Assembly (NCBI GenBank): GCA_025594325.1
Contig: JANHCV010000001.1
Coordinates: 1,116,001-1,180,000 of the forward strand
Length of the DNA: 64,000 nt
Source: Blastocladiella emersonii ATCC 22665
Lineage: Eukaryota; Fungi; Blastocladiomycota
Reading direction: 5' to 3'
In this document: piece after piece, positions 10,601-20,823 of the stretch
Numbering within the stretch: the first letter of the stretch is position 1
Layout of the letters: the number at the start of each line of letters is the position of its first letter
Notes under the pieces: generated by a model
Told to the model about the DNA's origin: nothing
Database searches by the model: none
What the model saw: only the letters and a program-made list of their open reading frames with translations
Translations under genes and position numbers: made by a program

Positions 10601-10915
10601 GGTGATAGTTACGTTGCGTGTGGTTCGTTCGTGCTTCGTTCACGCGAGAGGGTGATCGGCGGTGCGAACGGGAAAGATGTCTCGCGGCGGCGTTGCAGCG
10701 GTCAGGTGGGCCCACCTGCTCCCGTAGCGGGGGGTGCGAGACACTTTTTCTTCGCGCGCGCGTCGCGGCGCAGCGCGTCGCGGGCACGTCGCTGGATCGC
10801 GCTGGCTTCGCTCCCGAGCGATACCGTCGACGAGAATTGACTTGACATACCCTGCAACGAACGCATCGAGACCCACGCAACAAGCAAGCAGAGCGCGAGT
10901 GTGAGGCCGCCCACG

Positions 10916-12790
10916 ATGCCCATGTTCGACAAGCAGGCGCTCCTCGAGCAGGACCTGCACGACCTCAAGCTGCGGTTCGAGCTGCTCGGTGGGCTTCTCG
11001 CGTTACCGGTGTGCTTCTGAACGAAGCTGACCCGTCGTATCGCATGCAGAGGGGGACCGCAAGGCGTACTACGAGCAGAGCCAGCTCACCATCAAGGGGA
11101 ACAAGGATGAGATCGGCAAGCTGCGGTCGCAGAACAAGGAGCTGCGCGTTGCTGTCGGCAAGATCAAGAAGGTACGCCGCCACACACACTCTCCCGTGCG
11201 GTCCCGAAGACTCACGCCGAGCCCCCCGTGTAGACGAGCGGCCATGATCGCGGCAACGAGCGGTCGCAGATGAGCGAGCTCGAGAAGCTCGACCAGCGCA
11301 TCAACGAGCTGCACAAGAAGGCCGACGACATGGCCGCGATTGCGCGCGCCAAGGAGGCCACGCTCCAGGCGCTGCGCGACAAGCTCAAGGACCTGCAGGC
11401 CGAGAGCGCCGTGGTGCGCGAGGTGTCGGAAAAGTCGGAGCAGGCCGCCATGATGCGCCGGCTCGAGAACCAGCTCGACAAGGCCGAGATCAAGTGGCAC
11501 GAGGCCCAGGCCATGCGCAAGGTGTACGAGGAGATCCTCGCCGTGCTGCACGAGGAGCGCCAGACGTTCGACGCGCAGATCGCCCACTTCGAGCGCACCC
11601 TGCGCGCCAAGTCGGCCGACGCCGCCGAGCTCGAACTCATGAGCCGGGACGCCCACCACGCACGCGACCTCGCCCGCAGCGAGCTCACGCGCATCGAGAC
11701 CCAGATCGCCGAGGACCGCAAGCGACGCGACAAGGACCTCGCCGCGCGCCGCGAGCTCGTGCGCCAGAAACTCGAGGCCTCCGAGAAGCTCGAGCAGGCG
11801 CTGCTCGCCGGCACCCTCGGGTCCGAGCAGTCGGCGCGCCAGGGCGAGGCCGACGCGCAGGCCGCCGTCGCGGAAGCCGACGCCCTCGCCGAACGCGTCG
11901 CCGAGTACGAGGAGCTCATCAAGCACATCAAGGACGCCACGGGCGTCGAGGACCTGCACCAGGTTGTCGCCAAGTTCGAGGAGCAGCGCGACACCCGCGA
12001 GCGGCTCTCGGAGCTCGCACGCACCAAGGAGGCCAAGCTCGCCGCCGCCAAGGCCAGCCGGTCCGACGCACTCAAGGCCCTTGACGAGTCGCTCGTCATG
12101 GGCGAGCACGCAGGGACCGCCGCCAAGGCCGCGGCCCGCGAGATGGAACAGCAGCACCAGGCCGAGCTCGCAAAGTACCGCGAGGTGTGCGAGCGCCACG
12201 AGCGCATGCTCAAGATGCTCGCTAGCGTCAAGGCCGGCGTCGTGCATCTGTGGGACAAGGTCAAGGTACGGTATTGTGCGTGTGGGGTGATCCTTGGGCG
12301 AGCGCGCTCACAAACGCGTGTGTGTAGGACGACAAGTCGCAGAAGACCGAGGTCGCCGACTCGGACATTCCCGCCATCCTCGACCAGTGCGTTGGCAAGA
12401 TCACCACGCTGCTCCAGGCGATTGACGGCAAGGACATTGCCATCGAGGTACGCCGCTCCGTTCCTCGTTTCGCACCCCATGCTGACCCGGCGTGTCATAT
12501 AGGGCGACCTGAGCGCGATTCCGGTCCACCTTACGGCGCAGAACACGCGCGTGCGCCTGCTCCCGACCGCCTTCGAGAGCGAGGACGAGGACAGCGACTC
12601 GGGCGGCGGCACCAACGGCGCCTCGGGCGAGGCCGGCGACGACGAGGGCCACACCACGGTGGTGCCCGACCGCGACGCTATCAAGAAGGCCACGGCCACG
12701 CTTCTCAACGCACGCAACAAGTCCAAGGGCGGCCGCAAGAAGAAGAAGAAGGGCGGCGCGGACGATGACGATGATGATGTGAGCGACTAG
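10916..12790 (+). CDS. ODAD3: Outer dynein arm docking complex subunit CCDC151/ODAD3-like coiled-coil protein
   Basis: Spliced N-terminus LKLRFELL-EGDRKAYYEQSQLTIKGNKDEIGKLR resembles the CCDC151 motif LLEGDRKAFFESSQ. Long coiled coil; about 4 short introns (about 10989, 11172, 12267, 12449). Confidence 0.78.
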
Positions 12791-13030
12791 TTAGAGCGGT
12801 GCTGCGCGTGTACATTCCTTGTTCTTTGACAATGGTGCTGGTCGAGAAGGTGCGAGACGCTCTTGTCTCTCGCGCCGCGAAATGGCGTGACCGAGGCTGA
12901 TCCCCGGCCTTCATGCAGCCACCTTCGCCTGCCCTCTCCTCTTGCTCCCCGCCGTTCTCAGTTGCTCGCTCGCGAGCCCATGTAAACTTGTGCAAGCTGC
13001 TGCAACGAAGCGACCCTTAGAATCAACACC

Positions 13031-16000
13031 ATGGACTACAGCGAGGTCCTGCGCCAGGTCGACTCGGCGTGCGAGGACTTCCAGGTAGGCCAGTCGGCTC
13101 TCCGCCCCCACCGCCGAACCTCGTCCCGGGAACTGACATGCCGCGAATCATCGCTAGGTCGGCGCTACCCGAGTTGCGGCCGAGAAGATGCTGATGCAGT
13201 TCCGCGACACGCCCAACATCCATGCCCCCGCGCTCTACGTCTTCCGTACGCCGCACCCTCCTCGCCACAAACATGCACACAAGCTCACTCGATCCAGCAC
13301 TGTAGAGCACTCGACGCTTCCCTTCGCCAAGCACACGGCAGCTGCCGCTGTCGCGCAGTCCATCACGCGCGCCAACCCGACGCCCGCCGATGCGGCCGAC
13401 TACGCCAACCAGCTCGTCTCGTTTGTCGTCCAGGCGGGCGACCCGACGCTCTTCTGGGCCAAGGGCGCCGTGCTGTCCGCCGCGACCATCGTGAAGCGCC
13501 TGTACCCGACGCAGCCGCAGCTCGCGTGGACCATCTTCTCGCAGCTCGTGCAGAGCGCGAACCCGGTCGACGGGTCCATTGCGTACCTCTTCTTCAAGTC
13601 GCTGCTCGAGGTGTTCAGCGACCGCAGCGTCGGCCCGACGCCCGCGTTCCACCAGCAGTGCCAGTCCCACTTCCAGTCGCAGGAGCTCGTCAAGTACCTG
13701 CAACAGATCGCCATCGAGATCGTACAGCAGTACCACGCCGCACAGGCTGCGCCGCAGGGGCTCGACCAGGTGTCGATGCACCGCGCTCGCCTGTGCGTCG
13801 AGCTGCTCGAGAATGTGCTCACCTGGGACTTCCGCGTCTCGGCCACGTCCACCGAACCGCTCCCGGAGCTCGCGCCCGTCGAGCTCCCCGCCGCGTTCGC
13901 GCCCATCGTCCTTGACCCCAACTTCCTCGCCACGCTGTACGGGTGGGTCATCTTCGCGTCCCGCAGCAGCAAGGGCGCCATCCTGACGCACCGCGCCTTC
14001 CAGTCGCTGTATGCGCTGAGCTGCAGCCCGGACCTGCCCGCAGGCGTCGGCCCCGTCGCCGAGACCCGCGTCGCCTTCTGCACGTCCATGGTGCAGGGCA
14101 TGCACCAGCTCCTGCAGGCGCTCGCCGGGCAGTTCCGGGGCACCATGCTCAACGGGATCAGCGGCATCCTGCGCCGCCTCAACCACCACTTCCCCATGGA
14201 CACGGTGCTGTCGGCGGTCCCCGGGTTCCTCAACTTCCTCAACGACGTCGGCCGCCTCACCGTCATGTCGATCCCGATGTACGGGCGGTCCGAGATGGAG
14301 CGCACCGTGCTCGAGGAGGCCAACGTTGAGCTGATCGCCATGTGGGCGCGCGTCGGGTCGCAGACAGTGCGGCTCAGCGCCGAGGGCCGCATCCCCGCCG
14401 CGCTCGTCGCGCAGCTCGGCCAGATCGCCACCCAGATTGTGCACGCCTTTGTCCAGGAGAAGATGACGCCCGACCCCAAGGCTATCGAGAGCGACGAGGA
14501 GGACGAGGATTTCGGTGTGCTCAAGGACTGGGACACGTATGACGAGGCCCTCGCCGATATCGCGTGCCTCGCCCGCATGAGCCCCGCCGCCAACGCCACG
14601 TTCCTCGCCGGCCTCGTGCACCAGGTCATTGCGCGCGTCCCCTCGCTCACCCCCGACACCATGGTCGCGCACTACGAGGGCACCCACTGGCTGCTGCTCA
14701 TCACGGGCGCCTTCTTCTCCGACTTTGCCGAGAACGAGATCGCCCTGATCCCCGCCGAGATCCTCGCGGCGCCCGACGCGGCGGGCCCGATCCGCGCGCT
14801 CGGCGAGGCGATCCTCGGCCTGCTCCAGTTCCTCTCCGAGAACCCCGCCGCGTGCTCGCCCACCGTCATGGAGTCGCAGTGGTGGGACGTCGAGCGGTTC
14901 GTCAAGTGCTACGTGTGCCCCGACGCGTCCGAGTACAGCGACACGGGCGCGCCGCTGCTGCAGGCGTTCGGCCCCGCCACGCTCCAGTTCACGCTCGCGC
15001 GCGCCGCCGTCATGTTCGACCAGTGGTCGGGCGAGGCCGACGTCCTGCTCCAGGTCTCACGCGTCCTCCTCGCCATCTCCAAGGTCCGCACCCTGCGCGC
15101 CGCCGTCATCGGGCTTCCCGAGTTCGCCGCCCTCGTCATGCAGTTCCTCGCCAAGGTCCAGGGGTTCCCCGACGCCGTCTACTCGGGCGTCATGGAGGCG
15201 CTGGTCCGCATTGCCACGGCCGCCGGCGACCGCGACGCCGCCGGGCAGCAGATGACGGGCTCGATCATCGCGACCATCTCGGGCGAGTTTTCGGCGCTCG
15301 CGCAGGCCCGCGACCTCCAGTCGCCGCAGAACATGCAGCGCCTGGTGCGCGTGCTCGAGATGCTCAACGGCGTCGCGTGCGCCGTCGATATCGGCAACAT
15401 GTCGGCGCTTGCCGGTCACGTCGTGCCCTTCTTCGTCGCGTTCCCGCAGATGATGGCGAGCGCCGGCGGGCACGCCGAGCTGTGGCTCCCCGTGTTCGAC
15501 ATCCTGGTCCACTTTGCCGAGGGCGACGTGTTCGCGTTCCTCGACGAGTCCCTCGCGCAGCCCGTGTTCGTCGCCATGGTCGGCCTCGTCCGCGGGTACC
15601 TCTCGACGCTCCCGCCGCCGCCCGCGCCCGGCGCGAACGCGTCGCTCGTCATGGACGAGGAGCAGCGCAGTATCCTGTGCCGCATCGTCGAGCTCCTGAC
15701 GATGCTGACCGAGGAGCGCGGGCGGCCCGACATGCTCGCGACGGTCCTCGCGGCGTGGTCGCTTGTCTCGCCGTACACGACGTCGCAGGCCGCGCTTGAG
15801 GTGCCCAGCATCTGCATCGCCGTCGCCAAGTGGACGCGCGTGCTGGTCCAGATCCACGGCGCGGCGCTCTCCGAATCGGGTGTCGCGGCGCTGCCCCTCG
15901 CCCACTTCCTCCCCGCCCCGCTCTCGGCCGTCGACCACATCTGGGCCCCGCTTGCGCGGTCGTGGGCGTACATGGTCACGGCGTGCCCGATCGTCTCCGC

Positions 16001-16358
16001 TACGACGACCGCGCTCGACGCGATCGCCGCCATCGACGTGGCCGCGGGCGCGTGTCCTGCCGCGTGCGCCGACTCGCTCCTCGCCACGCTCCTCACGCTC
16101 GGCCTGTTCCACCGGCTCAACTCGGAGCACCGCGTCCCGCTCGCCCACGCCACGTACGCGCTGCTCAAGGGCCGTGCCACGGGCGTCATGGCGGCTGGCC
16201 AGGCGATCCTCGGCACGCGGAGCCCCGCCGAGGCGGCAGCCGCGGCGCCGCTGCTCGAGCGGATCGTCGCTCTCGTCCAGGCGCCCAGCGCCGACGCGTT
16301 TGTCGAGCCGTTCCTCGTCTGGCTCGTCGACGCCAAGGCCGCGATCCCACAGCAGTAG
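13031..16358 (+). CDS. XPO4: Exportin-4-like importin-beta family karyopherin
   Basis: About 1080-aa HEAT-like helical protein; N-terminus AAEKMLMQFR; acidic loop ESDEEDEDF followed by DWDTYDEALADIACLAR. Two 5' introns (about 13085, 13247). Confidence 0.68.
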
Positions 16359-16564
16359 AGCCGCGGATGTATCGCAACAAATATTTGTAGCTTCCTAGTC
16401 CGCTAGCTCGAGTCTGGTTGAGTGAAACGCGGTGCGTTTCGCGTTTCGCTTTCCGCGTCGCTCATCCCAGCTCCAGCTCTCGCTCCCCCCGGATGCTCCC
16501 TCGTCCATGCAAACCGATGAATTTCATGAAGCACTGCATGCAATCGACCTGACGAACCAAAAAA

Positions 16565-17911
16565 ATGCCCGAGTCACGCTTTTCCGACCTTCCGGGCGAG
16601 CTCGTCCTCGTCGTCCTCCAGCTGGCCGAGCCGCGCTGCGCCATCCCCGCCGCGTGGCGTACTTTTGGCCCCGCTGCGAGTCAACATCGTGTCAGCTTCT
16701 GGTGGAGCTTCCGCTGCCTTTTCCAACTTGCCCTTGCATACTGCGAGCTTTTGTCCCTCCAAACGCGCATTGATCTGTCCAACGCCCTCCATTTCGCCTT
16801 CGTTGCCCTGTGTCGACAGAGCACAAGTGCCTCCCTCGCCCTGTTGAGACGCTTTGCCAAGTACCTCGCTGTTCGGATCCCGCACCAGTCATCGCACCAC
16901 CGTCAAACGGCCGACCACGTGGAAGCTTACTTTCGCAGCATCATGGACAGCGTGGGCACCCAAGAAGTCGTTTCGCCGTTCGGTCAGCCCATGGCCGCGA
17001 CGCTTCCTACCATGGTATGCGCGCTTTTCACCGGCCAGCTTCGACCTGTCAAGACCCTTCTCGCTGCCATCACTGAGCACTGCCCTGCTCTTTTGGACGC
17101 TCGGCTGCAGTGGACCGAGTGGAATACGCTTTGCTGGTTCGAATCGCTTGCTCAGGCGAGTGAATTGATCCGCGGTGCCAGCGAGCATTTCGAACTCGGC
17201 GCCGCCCAGTCGCCCTTTGTTCCGCGACTGGTCGAATACCTTGGCTGCCTCGTCGTGCTCACCTGGCAGGCTCCGCTGCTCGAGACCCTTACCGATGCTC
17301 AATACGGTATGAACGAGGCCCAAGTCATGGCGTTTCTGTCGCTCCCTCCAATTGTGCGACTCTTTGCTGCGCAAACGCGCAACTATCGTGGCTCGCTGAC
17401 TTTCGCGATCCTGGACTGGCTTTTGGCGCACGGCTGGACGGACGAAGGCGCCAACGACGGCGACTCGCTGCTTGTAATACTCGCAGAAAAGGATCCGGTG
17501 CTGCTCGCTGCGGCGCTCGCGAAATACCCGGCCCAATTTATGGACACGCAGACTCCAGGCCGCCTCGAATTGGCTCAAAATGGACTCAGGGACAACTTTG
17601 CAGACTCTTCGATGGACCACCGTGAACTTGCTCCGCTCGTCGAATACGGCATTCTTGGCTCGGGCGAATGGTATGTTGCCGTTATTCGCGTCCTCAACGA
17701 AACGGGCGATTTCGGGGATGACGCGGAGCTCGCTCAAATCCGCTCAATCGTCAGTGACAGCACGTGGCATGACATACTTGTCGAAGGCACGCCAGTAACG
17801 GTATTTGCCGTCACACAGCCTTCGGCTGGCACCGGCGCAGGGCTTTGCCCTTTCGCCCTTGCCTTTGGCCGTCCTCGCCTCGCGTTCGCTTCCCCTCTTC
17901 AGCGTTCATGA
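16565..17911 (+). CDS. F-box-like N-terminus, lineage-specific protein; N-terminal part of a split gene
   Basis: SRFSDLPGELVLVVLQLA start; colinear homology with 27720-28870 ends at about 17790 (WHDILVE). Lower GC than core genes. Confidence 0.6.
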   Translation: MPESRFSDLPGELVLVVLQLAEPRCAIPAAWRTFGPAASQHRVSFWWSFRCLFQLALAYCELLSLQTRIDLSNALHFAFVALCRQSTSASLALLRRFAKYLAVRIPHQSSHHRQTADHVEAYFRSIMDSVGTQEVVSPFGQPMAATLPTMVCALFTGQLRPVKTLLAAITEHCPALLDARLQWTEWNTLCWFESLAQASELIRGASEHFELGAAQSPFVPRLVEYLGCLVVLTWQAPLLETLTDAQYGMNEAQVMAFLSLPPIVRLFAAQTRNYRGSLTFAILDWLLAHGWTDEGANDGDSLLVILAEKDPVLLAAALAKYPAQFMDTQTPGRLELAQNGLRDNFADSSMDHRELAPLVEYGILGSGEWYVAVIRVLNETGDFGDDAELAQIRSIVSDSTWHDILVEGTPVTVFAVTQPSAGTGAGLCPFALAFGRPRLAFASPLQRS

Positions 17912-18287
17912 GTGTAAGTCGGCAATGAACACCTTTTCAGTTGCGCACACTTTTCTGATTCCGGCTCGCATCCTCGGGAAGAATGCTCGCGAGATAGACG
18001 CGTTACCCGCGTCCAAGTTGACCACGTTGCGCAGCGCGTGCACCTCCTGGCGCATCAGCGAGCGCTTGCCGACCTTGAACTCACCCACGGGCGTAAGCAC
18101 GCTGACGTGCAGGTTGCGCGTGATCGCGAGGTCGATGAAGCGTCGTTGTAGGCAGACAGCATCGTCGTCGCCTCGTTAGGTCGATAATCAACGCCACAGC
18201 CGTTCATCTTCATGATCCCGCAGAGCGCACAGTGCACGGGCGACGCCAACGGCAACGCGCGCAACGTCCGCGTTGTTGTCGGCAGCC

Positions 18288-19075
18288 AGCGTCGCCTCAT
18301 TATATTGAGGAACAACGCCGCTTTGTTGAGTAGATGATCAGCGTCGCCTTGTCGCGTTGATGATCATCGTCGCCTTGTTGAGTTGAAGTTCAGCGCCGCC
18401 TTGTTGAGTTGGTGATCAGCGTCGCCTCGTTGCGTCGATGATCAGGTTTGCCTTGTTGGGTTGATAACCAGCGTCGCCTTGTTGAGTAGATGACCAGCGC
18501 CGCCTTGTCGGGTCGATGATCAGCGTCGTCTTGTTGGGTTGATGCCAGCGTCGCCTTGTCGAGTTGATAGTCAGCGTCGCCTTGTCGAGTTGGTGATCAG
18601 CGTTGCCTTGTTGTGCTGGCGACCAGCGTCGCCTTGCTGCGTTGATGTCCAACGTCGCCTCGTTCCGTGAATGTCTAGCGTCGCCTCGTTACGTCAATGT
18701 TCATCGCCACCTCGTTACTTCAATGTTCAGCGTCGCCTCCTTGCGTTGATGACCATCGTTGCCTCGTTAAGTTGCGGATCAGCGTTGCCTTGTTGCGTTG
18801 ATAGTCAGCGTCACCTCCTTACGTCAATGTTCAGCGTCGCCTCGTTGGGTCGTGATCAGCGTCGCCTTGTTCCATTGATGATCAGCGTCGGCTCGTTGCA
18901 TCGATGACCAGCGTCGGCTCGTTGCATCGATGACCAGCGTCGCCTCGTTAAGTTGAAGTTCAGCGTCGCCTCGTTGCGTCGTGATCAGCGTCGCCTTGTT
19001 GAGTTTGTGATCAGCGTCGCCTCGTTGCGTCAATGACCAGCGTCGCCTCTTGCGTTGATCATCCGCGTCGCCTTG
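18288..19075. repeat. Degenerate 26-bp minisatellite, about 30 copies, consensus CAGCGTCGCCTTGTTGAGTTGATGAT
   Basis: The CAGCGTCGCC-like core recurs every 25-27 nt (e.g. 18883, 18909, 18935, 18961). Confidence 0.9.
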
Positions 19076-19729
19076 CCGCGCAGCACTAATTGGAGCCAAG
19101 AGGAGGATTGAGTGCTGCGCTTGAGAGTCAACAAGCAAATAAGGTGAGTTAGCTCGGGTTACGCTCAGATCGTCATAGCGAGAACGTTGCGTTCCTGTCG
19201 AGTTTCTATCCTTGATTAGGTTGCTCATCTCCATCGCGACACGATCAAGGCAAGGATCAGGGGCTGCGACTCAACTCAGCCGCGCTGCTGCTGCTGTTGC
19301 CGCATAACATGCTGCGCAGAGCGACAGCGACAAGGTAACACGTAAGGTGAACCGCCGCCTTGGCTCAGCTGCATAATTAACTTTGTAAGGAAGCTAAATG
19401 AGGTTCAGTCGCCAACTTGGCGCGGATGCGGCTAAAGTCGCACAGCAATCAAGAAAAGTCATTGAAACCTTAAGTAGCAACAACAAAGTACATATTTGTC
19501 GCGGGTTGACTTTGATTCAGCGAGAGCGCGCCAGGGAGAAAGGGCGAGGGGACGCGTTCAGCCACTCACGTGACATGATGAGGCAAGGCCAAATGTGACA
19601 ATCAACGCCAGACCCGGTGGCGGAGCAGGTGGAGGTACGGTTGCAGATGCGGTAGGCGGAGGCGCAGAACCAGAAGCCGAAAGCGAGCTGGGTGCGACTG
19701 TTGAGGACAAGGTGGTTCAAGTAAGTGCA

Positions 19730-20099
19730 GTGCTTACATGCGCGTTGAACGGTGGCACACGTGTTGAAAGTTCAGAGCGGTGGCAGGGTCTTTGTTGATG
19801 AGGGCGAGCCGCAGGGCCGAGAGAGAGGGCGGGTCGCGCAAAACTGCGGTGGTCAGCGTCAGCGATGAAAGCAGTCCATGGTATGCGTCAATCAGCTCAT
19901 GGAGCTACTTTCTGACAGACTCAGGGGCGCGTGTATGAGCAGAGTGCTGAGCGAGCCAGGCGGCAGCGTGTCGAGCGGCAGCAGCGCGGTGGCCGTGCGA
20001 CGCGAAGGTCGCGTAGTTGCTCGAGTCGAGGCAAAGCCAGTCGACGAGGCGGTCACACTCCTCCGCGGTCCACCTTGGCCGACTGTCGTGTTGCGGCAT
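19730..20099 (-). pseudogene. Myb/SANT-like (trihelix-type) DNA-binding domain relic
   Basis: MPQHDSRPRWTAEECDRLVDWL..NYATF..AAAWL..RAPESVRK*LHELIDAY; in-frame TAG at 19907-19905 inside the third helix. Confidence 0.5.
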
Positions 20100-20585
20100 G
20101 TTACAGCCGCTCAACTTTTCGTTTCGTGGAGTAGAAGTGTAGAGCGCAACGTCGCCCGAGCCGAAGTCGCGAGCAAGCCGCAAAACGCGTTCAGCCACAG
20201 GCACGTGACATGTATGACTTGATGAAACCAAGTGAAATCCGCCAAGAGCACGTGACACAGACCGAGACTTTCGAAGGGGCCACCCAATATTTCAGGGCAA
20301 AGCCCTGCATAGCTACTCCTGCAACAAACTTGCTTACTCTGCTCCGCTGTAGCCCTCCAATTCACCTGTGCTCACGGACGGGAGTACGGGTATGCGCTGA
20401 GAGTTCAGGGATCGTTCGCGACAACGAAGTAGTGCGAGGAGGTGGATCTCGGTCGCCGTGTACACGAGAAGATGAGAAGACGAGAAGACGGCGCGGCGCG
20501 ACCACGGAACGTAACCTTCCGCGGCAGAGGTTCCTGATGGTGGCGGCAGCACAAACACTAGAGAATAGATTCGCGGCCACGACTG

Positions 20586-20801
20586 TGTTGCGTGTCGTTC
20601 ATGTGGCCACAACCGTGGTGATCAATCATCTGATCTCGCGTGAGCCGCCTGCAATCCCTCGCTCCCGCACCGCTGCACCCCGCTGTGGCGCGCCCTGCTT
20701 TGTTATCCATTCTCCCCTCTCCCCGTCTTGGGTTCGGGGCTGAAGGCAGGAATAGACATCCCTGACTACTTGTCTCCCGCCTCCTTCTGTCGGCATCAAC
20801 A
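20586..20801 (+). repeat. 5' LTR
   Basis: Matches 25888-26103 at 210 of 216 positions by eye. Confidence 0.95.
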
Positions 20802-20823
20802 TTTTCTTCAAGTAGTTTTCTGC

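Noticed and set aside
18288-19075. CRISPR-like array (constant core plus variable spacer)
   Set aside because: The context is eukaryotic, the spacers are related to each other, the core is only about 10 nt, and there are no cas genes.
19100-19160. LLVDSQAQHSIL resembling a retroviral aspartic protease motif (D-S-G-A)
   Set aside because: The essential Gly is missing and there is no flanking gag or pol context; it is likely coincidence.
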